Below, in pieces: positions 1 to 8,547 of a DNA stretch of 64,000 nucleotides. Source of the stretch: Bacteroidota bacterium (GTDB lineage Bacteria > Bacteroidota > Bacteroidia > UKL13-3). Location of the stretch: assembly GCA_027491355.1 (NCBI GenBank), contig JAIXWI010000034.1, forward strand, positions 4,240 to 68,239, given 5' to 3'. The notes beneath the pieces were generated by a model. It did not search any database. It was not told the origin of the DNA and saw nothing but the letters and a program-made list of their open reading frames with translations. A program made the translations under genes and the position numbers. Numbering within the stretch: position 1 is the stretch's first letter; each line of letters begins with the position of its first letter.

Positions 1-2887
1 CAGCAGTCCAAGTATACACAACATTGGCACTGTCTTTTATATTGGTTCTGAGCCTAATATTAGTAGTATCACCCGAGCAAAATGCTTGCTTTAAATTTTG
101 AAACAATACCTTTGGCTTTGGATTAATGGTGACCAATTGGGTATCTGGTTTTGACCATCCACATACATTGAGCGCTTTTAAGGTGACAGTGTATGTGATA
201 GGCACATTTGAGGTATTAGGAAACAAAATAGTAGGAAAACGTTGGTTGGCATTGCTCCCATTTACAAAAGTTGATCCTGCTGGTATAACCGCCCATTGGT
301 AATTGGTGATGCTGGTAAAACTGCTGTCGTAATTGGCATTCATTACCAAACGTTGGCTATCACATAACATTAAATCAGGTGGAAGCCCAACTACCGGAAT
401 GTCTGTAATGACTATAAAAGAATCTTTTACATATACCCCAGCACAGGTATTGGAAACTTCTAATCGAATGACATAATTGCCTTTTTGTTTGAACACCAAA
501 ACTGGATTCACAGAGGTATCTGTGGTTCCAGCAATGAATGAAAACCTTGTTTCTGAATTGAGCCAGGTTCCACTTAAGCTGTCCTTAACGCGCCATTTGT
601 AATTGGTTCTACCACAACTAGTCAGTGTGTTCGATAAATTTTGAATGGCAACTGTATCAGGAATACAGGTATTGGTTTGGTTTGATAGAAAAGTAAAATT
701 TGGAACAGGTATGGGTTGAACGCAGATGGTTTTGGCGATAGAGTCCCTGTTGCAACCAGGTGTTGCATTAGTAGCCTGATTTACAGACAATTTAATAGAA
801 TAAATTCCTGCTTTAAGAAATTTAATGTCGATAGAGGCATTTTCTGGTAAACTAAAATTGTATTTCAATTGACCAGAAACAACAACCCAATCAACACCTT
901 GAATACCGGGCGAAATTGACCATTGATGTGTCAATCTATTTTCACAATCATAAGAAGCACTAAAACTACTACCCTTTGAAATATTCTTAAAACTAAAATT
1001 AGAATTTACACATTGAATTGAATCTGGTGAGACTTTGAAATCAGCAACAACTTTATTTATAATTCTAATTGGATTTACTGAACTTACTGCTGTTCCACAT
1101 GGATTTGTACAACTAAAAGTCGCAACAAATGAATTATTTACTGTAGTATTTCCAATTACACTATTTGTTGAGCATGATGTATTTTTAAATGTATGATAAA
1201 TAATATTTGGCAAGTCTTCTTGGGTAAATACTTTATCTGGAGAACCATCATTTACCGCAAAAACATATTTTGTCTCAGGTAAATTTAATTTCGTATTTGC
1301 TGTGTCAACAGGAAATCCAATTGTAAATGGATTGCAATATTGTGGTTGTAAACCTGAAATTGGATACTTAATTGTACCTACTGGTAGAAAACCATTGTAT
1401 ATGTTGTAAATACTCTTATTTGAACAACCATTTTTGTTTACTACTTGTAATTCCAAATTAAAATATCCCAATTTGTTAAAAGTATGCGAAATAGACTGAG
1501 TATTTGAAAATGGTGCTGAATAAATATTTTCCTGATTATCCCCCCATTTTACACTGTATATTGAATCTGAGTTAAATGTTAAACTTTTAACATCAAGATA
1601 AGCATCAAATGATTGACTATCAATTGTAGCTTTACAATGTGTAAACAACCTCAAGTTTGAAGCCCAATCTACTCCATTAAAGATATCCAAAACGTTTGTA
1701 TCTATGTATGCAATTGGATTTTGTTTAGTTGTAATATTTAAAGTCTTGGAATTGCTACAATTATTGTTGTCTTTTATAATAAGTTCAATTGTATTTGGTG
1801 AACTTCCAGATCCATTATTTAATTGAAAACTGAATGAAGGATTTGTAATATTGTTCATAGAATTAGGTGCTCCAGCACCATAGAAATTCCAATTACTGGT
1901 TAAAGGAGCAGATCCAATTGAGTTATTTGTAGTATTAATTAAAGTTCCAGAGCACATAGAACTTAACTGGTTAATAGAAAAGTCTGCAATTGGCTTTCTA
2001 TTTACAACAATATTTTGATTTGTATTGGTAAAACAACCATTGTTGTCTGTAATGGTTAATTGTGTTGTGTATGTTTGACTTCCTGCTCCATTTGCTGGAT
2101 TGAAACTAACTGTTGGATTTTGCGAATTATTATTAGCTGGTGCACCAATACCTGTTCCAAATTGCCATGAATAATTTAAGGGAATATTACCTGTACTAGT
2201 TGCCGAAAAAGCAACATTTGAGCCAGCGCATATACTATTAGGAGTATTTGTAAAAGAAGCTGTTGGATTTTTATTGACTACAATTGTTTTATTGAGGTTA
2301 TCACTGCAACCATATTTATCTGTCACCGACAAATTAATGGTATAACTTTGACTACCAGTGCCATTTGCAGGATTGAAACTTACAGATGGGCTGGTATTAT
2401 TGGTATTTGCAGGTGCGCCTACTCCTGTTCCAAATTGCCAAGTATAATTTAATGGATTTACGCCCGAAGATGCATTTGTAAAGTTTACTGTATTGCCTGC
2501 ACAGGGTATATTCGGTGTAAATGAAAAATCGGGTATAGGCTTTGAAATGGTAAAACCTGTAATGGTATCGGCCTTGGTTCCATTGCTTGCGCGAATGGAA
2601 TAGGTACTAGCATTTGTCCTTGCTGGTACAGTCCAACTGTAACTTAAAGTTGTAACGTTGACATCAAGAATACCTGAACCAAAATTGCCATTTTGGTCTG
2701 ATACCTGAATTTTAAATAAGGGTGCAGGGCTTGTGGCAAAACCTGCTGTATCAAACCGAATGGTATAGCTGTTTCCACTGCACAAATTGGTTGGATTGCC
2801 ATCTATTCTTAAATTAGAAAGGCTTTGTGCCTCAGAAACAAAGGGAAATGCTAGAAATACTATTAAAATGTAAATGAACTTCTTCAA
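1..2887 (-). CDS. Large secreted PKD/Ig-like repeat protein (3' end runs off the window)
   Basis: Absent from the ORF track because it has no stop in the window. Manual translation from TTG at 2887 gives signal peptide MKKFIYILIVFLAFPFVSEAQ. PKD-like repeats follow (YTWQFGTGVGAP..YNINLSVTDKYGC; YSWQFGTGIGAP..TQLTITDNNGC; YSVKWGDN..SHTFNKLGYFNLELQVVNKNGC). The frame stays open to position 1. Confidence 0.85.
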   Translation of the reverse strand, partial: MKKFIYILIVFLAFPFVSEAQSLSNLRIDGNPTNLCSGNSYTIRFDTAGFATSPAPLFKIQVSDQNGNFGSGILDVNVTTLSYSWTVPARTNASTYSIRASNGTKADTITGFTISKPIPDFSFTPNIPCAGNTVNFTNASSGVNPLNYTWQFGTGVGAPANTNNTSPSVSFNPANGTGSQSYTINLSVTDKYGCSDNLNKTIVVNKNPTASFTNTPNSICAGSNVAFSATSTGNIPLNYSWQFGTGIGAPANNNSQNPTVSFNPANGAGSQTYTTQLTITDNNGCFTNTNQNIVVNRKPIADFSINQLSSMCSGTLINTTNNSIGSAPLTSNWNFYGAGAPNSMNNITNPSFSFQLNNGSGSSPNTIELIIKDNNNCSNSKTLNITTKQNPIAYIDTNVLDIFNGVDWASNLRLFTHCKATIDSQSFDAYLDVKSLTFNSDSIYSVKWGDNQENIYSAPFSNTQSISHTFNKLGYFNLELQVVNKNGCSNKSIYNIYNGFLPVGTIKYPISGLQPQYCNPFTIGFPVDTANTKLNLPETKYVFAVNDGSPDKVFTQEDLPNIIYHTFKNTSCSTNSVIGNTTVNNSFVATFSCTNPCGTAVSSVNPIRIINKVVADFKVSPDSIQCVNSNFSFKNISKGSSFSASYDCENRLTHQWSISPGIQGVDWVVVSGQLKYNFSLPENASIDIKFLKAGIYSIKLSVNQATNATPGCNRDSIAKTICVQPIPVPNFTFLSNQTNTCIPDTVAIQNLSNTLTSCGRTNYKWRVKDSLSGTWLNSETRFSFIAGTTDTSVNPVLVFKQKGNYVIRLEVSNTCAGVYVKDSFIVITDIPVVGLPPDLMLCDSQRLVMNANYDSSFTSITNYQWAVIPAGSTFVNGSNANQRFPTILFPNTSNVPITYTVTLKALNVCGWSKPDTQLVTINPKPKVLFQNLKQAFCSGDTTNIRLRTNIKDSANVVYTWTA

Positions 2888-3033
2888 GGGTAGGTTGATT
2901 GTCAAATAGGATGCAATTTATGTAAATATTCTATTTTATTAAACAATTAACTATCAAAATGACAATAAATTACAGATTATTTTTAGGTTAAAAATCTTGT
3001 AAAATACTATTTGTATGTTTGAAGCCATATTCC

Positions 3034-3522
3034 ATGCACACCTCCACCCTACAACAACTCAAACAAGCCATCCGAAAACTGCCACCAGCAGAATTGGAAG
3101 TATTGTTGTTACAAGTGGCAAAATTTAAGACGGCCAACAAGGCTTTGTTGCACTACCTTTTGTTTGAACAACAAGACGAGGAAGCATACATTGAAAAAGT
3201 AAAAGCAATGATGAGCGAAGCGTTTGAGGCAACCAATACCCATCAGGTGTATTTGGCTAAAAAAACCATCCGAAAAGCATTGCGCATTGCCGATACCCAT
3301 ATTCGGTATGCCAACAAACCAGAAACAACCGTCATAATTTTGCTGCATTTTTGCAGTTGTTTAGAACAGTTACCCATTGAATTTCAGAAATACCCTATTT
3401 TGGTTAATATGTACCAGCGTCAACTCAAAAAAATAGCGCAAGCCATTCAAAAACTACACGAAGATTTGCAATACGATTACACCCAAATGATTTTGAAAAC
3501 CCTCAAACACTACCCTGCATGA
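3034..3522 (+). CDS. Conserved hypothetical helical protein
   Basis: ORF 3019..3522 with likely ATG at 3034 (MHTSTLQQLK). Resembles a Bacteroidota conserved hypothetical family (LLHYLLFE...LHEDLQYDY). Its stop overlaps the next ATG (ATGA). Confidence 0.7.
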   Translation: MHTSTLQQLKQAIRKLPPAELEVLLLQVAKFKTANKALLHYLLFEQQDEEAYIEKVKAMMSEAFEATNTHQVYLAKKTIRKALRIADTHIRYANKPETTVIILLHFCSCLEQLPIEFQKYPILVNMYQRQLKKIAQAIQKLHEDLQYDYTQMILKTLKHYPA

Positions 3523-4355
3523 GTATTTTCTGGTATGCTTTGCTGGTAAACACAGCTTACTTTACCGCTGATCTTTTTATAAAATTCAGCAGCACCCAAC
3601 AAAATGCCTGGGAGATTTTAAGATTCAGGAGTATATACGCTGTATTGTTATCGTTGGTTTTATTGGGCATCAGCCCAGAGCAATTACAAATACCAGCAGC
3701 AAGCCAATTGGCCATACTAATAGGCTGTGGTTTGCTGAATGCATTTGGCTTGTATGCATACATCAAAGCATTACAATCTTTACACTTTGCCAATGTTTCG
3801 GTACTGGGTATTGCGGGTGCCCTCATTCATTATGCTGTGGCAGCTATTTTTCAGCATTCAGTTTTGGGTATTTGGTTTTACATTGCTTCTTTGTTTTGTA
3901 TGGCTGGCATAGGCATTCAATGGAAAAAACAACAGTCCAACAGTGGTTTAATTTGGGCAGTGAGTGGCGCTATTGCCTGGGGGTTTGGTTATGCCTTGTT
4001 GTCTTTTCCTATGCAAACCTGTAGTGCTTCTTTTGCCACATTCACCACTGAATGTTGTTTGTTGGTGGTGGCACTTTTAATGGGTAGTCACAGTTCTTTT
4101 GTGGTGGCTTTCAAACAAAGTAAATATTTATTTGGAGTGGCATTTTTTACCATTTTAGGCTCTTGGTTGCTCAACATCAGTTATGCACAATTCAATTTGA
4201 ATGCGATGGGTTTTATGCAATTGGCATTCTTCCCCTACTCTTTGCTGGCAGGTTTTTTTATATTCAAAGAAAAACTCAGCCGCAGCGAATGGCTTGGCAT
4301 TGGCCTTATAGGCATTGGTCTTGTAGTCTATTTTTTATTGGTGGAAGCTGCTTGA
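3519..4355 (+). CDS. EamA/DMT family transporter
   Basis: 278 aa with about 10 hydrophobic segments and a C-terminal LLAGFFIFKEKLSRSEWLGIGL motif typical of DMT proteins. Confidence 0.8.
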   Translation: MSIFWYALLVNTAYFTADLFIKFSSTQQNAWEILRFRSIYAVLLSLVLLGISPEQLQIPAASQLAILIGCGLLNAFGLYAYIKALQSLHFANVSVLGIAGALIHYAVAAIFQHSVLGIWFYIASLFCMAGIGIQWKKQQSNSGLIWAVSGAIAWGFGYALLSFPMQTCSASFATFTTECCLLVVALLMGSHSSFVVAFKQSKYLFGVAFFTILGSWLLNISYAQFNLNAMGFMQLAFFPYSLLAGFFIFKEKLSRSEWLGIGLIGIGLVVYFLLVEAA

Positions 4356-4999
4356 TTGAACAATTCCGCATTTGACCATACATGCACTCCCAATTGTTTT
4401 TGTAGAGCAATGTTAACCATGGCTTTTGCAACGGTGATTGCTTCAATTCCTCTGTAAGCTTTTAAAGGGCCCACTAACAATAAATTAATGGGTTTGAATA
4501 CCCATTGAAAGATTTTTTCAAACAACCTAAATTCAGTTCTGGCACCCATTAACAAAGCAGGTCTGATAATTTGAAGTGCTTCAAAACCAAGGGCAATTAA
4601 ATCAGTTTCAACTTTGGCTTTTAAACGGCTATAAAATACCATCGATTTTTCATTGGCTCCCATGGCAGAAACCAACACAAATTGTGTGGCACCATTGGCT
4701 TTTGCATATTTGGCAATTTCTAATGGAATGCCGTGGTCTATTCGGGTATAATTTGCTTCATTGGGGGTTTTAGCTTTGGTAGTGCCTATGCAACAAAATA
4801 CATCATCTGCAAGCAACTGGTGTTGAATGTCCGAAAGTTGATCAAAATCAACGATTAATTGTTCTAATTTAGAATGAGCCAATACCAAATCTTTACGGGT
4901 TAGCGCTATTACTTTTTGGTAATGTGCATCGTTGAGTAACTGATATATGAGCTGTTTGCCCACCAAACCAGAGCCTCCTATTACAATGGCTGTCTTCAT
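4328..4999 (-). CDS. NAD(P)-binding oxidoreductase, TIP30/YraR-like atypical SDR
   Basis: GGSGLVG Rossmann motif, DDVFCCIGTT, VSAMGA, YSRLK (YxxxK), IIRPALLMG. Confidence 0.85.
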   Translation of the reverse strand: MKTAIVIGGSGLVGKQLIYQLLNDAHYQKVIALTRKDLVLAHSKLEQLIVDFDQLSDIQHQLLADDVFCCIGTTKAKTPNEANYTRIDHGIPLEIAKYAKANGATQFVLVSAMGANEKSMVFYSRLKAKVETDLIALGFEALQIIRPALLMGARTEFRLFEKIFQWVFKPINLLLVGPLKAYRGIEAITVAKAMVNIALQKQLGVHVWSNAELFNQAASTNKK

Positions 5000-5640
5000 T
5001 TTTTTTGAATGGGGTGGTTACTGTTTAGCAATTCAGGTTGTTGGGTAACCCAAGCGGCAATGTCCTCCACCAAAATATTGGCAGGCACTTGCAAATAGCC
5101 ATCTATTTTTTTGCCAGTTAAACGTAACATGTTTAAGTAAAACTGTTTCATTTTTTTTCGGATAGACATCCACCTTTTGGCAATTGCAATTTGATTGACC
5201 CTGAATACTTTGAAATCTTCAAAACCTATATTGGTTATTTCCTTTTCTAATTGCCACCTTCTTTTTAAGTAAGGGTTGGATTGGTTTTGTTCACAATGTG
5301 GATTGACCAACACAAACCTATTCACACCACATGATTTGGCTAGTTGAGCAATAGCTAATGGTATGTCGTAATCAAGTAAAGCAGCATCTTCAAGTAATTT
5401 ATCGCTTGAATAATTAGAGCCTAACATACAAAACACTTCATCTATTTCTAAAAAATGTGTTTGGTATTGGTTGATTTGTTTGAAATCAACAATGACTTTT
5501 TTGACATGGATATGTTTGAATTTACGCTCATTGATTCGGGTCAATACAGTAATGAATCGGTACATTTTATTGTTGACCAATTTTTGAACCAATAGTTTGC
5601 CGATATTACCGGAAACCCCAACTACCATTGCACGCCTCAT
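4996..5640 (-). CDS. Diverged paralog of the adjacent TIP30-like oxidoreductase
   Basis: GVSGNIG, DEVFCMLG and DYDIPLAIAQLAK align with the neighbour. YxxxK is replaced by YLKRR. Confidence 0.7.
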   Translation of the reverse strand: MRRAMVVGVSGNIGKLLVQKLVNNKMYRFITVLTRINERKFKHIHVKKVIVDFKQINQYQTHFLEIDEVFCMLGSNYSSDKLLEDAALLDYDIPLAIAQLAKSCGVNRFVLVNPHCEQNQSNPYLKRRWQLEKEITNIGFEDFKVFRVNQIAIAKRWMSIRKKMKQFYLNMLRLTGKKIDGYLQVPANILVEDIAAWVTQQPELLNSNHPIQKK

Positions 5641-5739
5641 TGTGTTTTTTTTAGGAAGTTAAACTTTTTTTTCACAATTACACGCTCATAAACTTGAGTG
5701 AAGCGATTTTCAATTATTATTGAAAGAAATATTTTTAAC

Positions 5740-6534
5740 ATGATCAATAACCACGAAATAGATTACCGCATTTTTGGCAGTGAAATGCAATGTGTAGCAA
5801 TTGAACTCGACCCTCAAGAAACTGTGATGGCTGAACCTGGTAGTTTTATGATGATGCAAGAAGGCATAGAAATGAATACCATTTTTGGAGATGGTTCTCA
5901 ACAATCTGGTGGCATTTTCGGTAAGTTAATGTCGGCTGGAAAGCGCATGCTTACAGGAGAGAGCTTGTTCATGACTGCTTATACCAACAATGGATATGGT
6001 AAAAAAGAAGTTACCTTTGCAGCCCCCTACCCTGGTAAAATCATTCCCATTGATTTGAACCGTATGGGTGGTAGAATGACTTGTCAAAAAGATTCATTTT
6101 TATGTGCAGCAAAAGGTGTGAGTGTGGGCATTGAATTTCAAAAAAAATTAGGAACTGGCTTGTTTGGTGGCGAAGGTTTCATCATGCAAAAATTAGAAGG
6201 TGATGGCATGGCTTTTTTACATGCTGGCGGCCATGTAGAGGAAAGAGAACTGCAACCAGGTGAATTGTTAAAAATAGATACGGGTTGTATAGTAGCATTT
6301 ACCAAAGAGGTTGATTATGACATTCAATTTGTGGGTGGTATTAAGAATACATTTTTTGGTGGTGAAGGGGTGTTTTTTGCAACCCTCAGAGGCCCCGGAA
6401 AAGTTTGGATTCAATCTTTACCTATTTCTAGATTAGCTGGAAGAATTATCAGCTATGGTAGTGTAGGTGGCAGACGTGAAGAAGGTGGATTGCTAGGAGG
6501 CATAGGTAATTTATTGGATGGCGATGGCTTTTAA
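5740..6534 (+). CDS. TIGR00266 / AIM24 family protein
   Basis: GESLFMT, FAAPYPGKIIP, GLFGGEGFIMQKLEG, LRGPGKVWIQSLP; likely ATG at 5740. Confidence 0.9.
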   Translation: MINNHEIDYRIFGSEMQCVAIELDPQETVMAEPGSFMMMQEGIEMNTIFGDGSQQSGGIFGKLMSAGKRMLTGESLFMTAYTNNGYGKKEVTFAAPYPGKIIPIDLNRMGGRMTCQKDSFLCAAKGVSVGIEFQKKLGTGLFGGEGFIMQKLEGDGMAFLHAGGHVEERELQPGELLKIDTGCIVAFTKEVDYDIQFVGGIKNTFFGGEGVFFATLRGPGKVWIQSLPISRLAGRIISYGSVGGRREEGGLLGGIGNLLDGDGF

Positions 6535-6556
6535 TTTTTAATCTGTAACATTCCTG

Positions 6557-7567
6557 ATGAATTCAATTCCCAAAATTGATGTGCATGCACATATTTTGCC
6601 TGCTCAAATGCCCAATCTTAAAACCAAATATGGCTATGGTGATGATTTTATATACCTAGACCATAAGGGTCCAGACAAGGCTGATATGATGAAAGCCAAT
6701 GGGCAATTTTTTAGAACAATTGATAGTTTGTGTTGGGATCCGGAAGCCATATTGGCACATATGGACAAGCACGGTGTTCAAATGATGGCTTTGTCTATTG
6801 TACCTGTTTTGTTTTACTATTGGGCAAAACCTGAACACACCTTAGAATGGGCGCAATACTACAATAACCATGTTGCCGATATTCAAAAAAAATACCCAAA
6901 AAGATTTGTTGGACTTGGCACTTTGCCCATGCAGGATATTGATTTGGCTTGCCAAGAATTAAAGCGTTGCAAAGAATTGAATTTACCGGGTATAGAAATA
7001 GCCAGTCACATACTAGACAAAAACTTAGACGATGAAAGTTTTTACCCTTTGTACCAATTGGCCTCCGATTTGGACATGTGTATTTTTGTTCACCCATGGG
7101 ATATGATGGGTCAAGAAAAAATGCCCAAATACTTTTTACCTTGGTTGATTGGAATGCCAGCAGAAACTTCTTTGGCAATTTGCAGCATGATTTTTGGCGG
7201 CATTTTTGACAAGTTTCCAAAATTAAGGGTTTTATTTGCTCATGGTGGAGGCTGTTTCCCACAAACATTGGGCAGAATTTCACATGCTTACCATGCACGT
7301 CCAGACTTATGCAATATTCATCAAGTACATGACCCTAAAACCTATTTAGATAAGTTTTACATCGACTCATTGGTGCATGATGAAGCTACTTTTGATTTTA
7401 TTCTGCAACAATTTGGTGCAGATAGAATTGCCATGGGCAGCGATTTCCCTTTCCCTTTAGGAGATTTAGAACATGGTAAATTCATTGAAGAACATGCAAA
7501 CATGAGCCTTGAAGACAAACAAAAGGTGTTGTACTTGACTGCAAAAAAATGGCTGGGGATTGAATAA
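6557..7567 (+). CDS. Amidohydrolase_2, probable 2-amino-3-carboxymuconate-6-semialdehyde decarboxylase (ACMSD)
   Basis: IDVHAH, FVHPWDMMG, PWLIGMPAET, AHGGG and MGSDFPFPLG motifs characteristic of ACMSD. Confidence 0.85.
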   Translation: MNSIPKIDVHAHILPAQMPNLKTKYGYGDDFIYLDHKGPDKADMMKANGQFFRTIDSLCWDPEAILAHMDKHGVQMMALSIVPVLFYYWAKPEHTLEWAQYYNNHVADIQKKYPKRFVGLGTLPMQDIDLACQELKRCKELNLPGIEIASHILDKNLDDESFYPLYQLASDLDMCIFVHPWDMMGQEKMPKYFLPWLIGMPAETSLAICSMIFGGIFDKFPKLRVLFAHGGGCFPQTLGRISHAYHARPDLCNIHQVHDPKTYLDKFYIDSLVHDEATFDFILQQFGADRIAMGSDFPFPLGDLEHGKFIEEHANMSLEDKQKVLYLTAKKWLGIE

Positions 7568-7669
7568 TTGTAAATTCAGAACTGGATAATAACTGAATTT
7601 GATTTAGAAATGAATTAAGGCTTTATTTTAATAATTTTTTATCCCTGATTACAACAAGCACTGAGTTCT

Positions 7670-7810
7670 TATTAATATATAGCTCCTAGCGGAGCTGATT
7701 GCTTTAAATTTTACTATGAATTCGTATGTAAGGAAACCCTGTAAAGGTTAAATATTAATAACAAATGTACCATTATTAACACTAACCCCATAGGGGTTAA
7801 ATATTTACAA
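7670..7810. repeat. Three REP-like imperfect hairpins with a shared TATTAATAT-like foot, upstream of the Y1 transposase
   Basis: TATTAATATAT-AGCTCC-TAGC-GGAGCT (7670-7696, +); AACCCT-GTAA-AGGTT-AAATATTAATA (7735-7760, opposite orientation); AACCCC-ATA-GGGGTT-AAATATTTACAA (7784-7810, opposite orientation). Confidence 0.7.
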
Positions 7811-7992
7811 TTTACTTATACAAGTCACTGTAAAACTAAACATTACAAAGATTTCGAACGACATTTAAATTAAAAACCATTCAGAATTTGACATAAGGAC
7901 ATCCCTAAAAATTTAACTGATCAACCTTGAAATTATTCAAATTTTATTTGCTGGGTTAAATTGTAACAATTCACAACATCAATAACCATTTC

Positions 7993-8439
7993 ATGTCAAA
8001 CACCTATACCCAAATTTATATTCAGATAGTTTTTTGCGTTAAAAAGAGAGAGAAATTAATCGATAAATCATGGAGACAAGAACTTTTCAAATACATCAGT
8101 GGAATCATTCAAAATAAAGGTCAAAAATTATATGCAATTGGAGGTGTTGAAGATCATTTACATATTTTAGTCAGCATGAAACCTTCAATTTCAATTTCCG
8201 AATTGGTTCGAGATATTAAAATGAATTCTACTTACTGGATTAATCAAAAACATTTTGTAAAAAAAAGATTTGAATGGCAACCTGGTTATGGTGCATTTTC
8301 TTATAATCAAAAATTATTAGATACAGTTATTAACTACATTTTTCGTCAAGAAGTACACCACGCAAAAAAAGATTTCAAAACAGAATACAAAGAAATGTTG
8401 AATCATTACCAAGTTGATTTCAACGAAAAGTATTTATAA
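7993..8439 (+). mobile_element. tnpA: IS200/IS605-family Y1 HUH transposase (probably REP-associated TnpA/RAYT type)
   Basis: MSNTYTQIYIQIVF N-terminus, HUH motif EDHLHIL, FEWQPGYGAFS, catalytic YIFRQEVHH. No tnpB is adjacent. Confidence 0.85.
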
Positions 8440-8547
8440 TTATTATTTCAAAAAAACAAAATAGCACTGTTAATGTTGTATAAATCTAGCACTTAAAGTT
8501 TTCCATATATTAGAAATTTGGCAATTTAAAGTATCTTTACTTCCGTT

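Noticed and set aside
7568..7992. CRISPR array or structured ncRNA in the 425-bp intergenic gap
   Set aside because: There are only three short non-identical hairpins in mixed orientation, with no regular spacers and no cas genes.
7993..8547. IS605-type element with TnpB/IscB RNA-guided nuclease
   Set aside because: No tnpB/iscB ORF or right-end structure follows tnpA.
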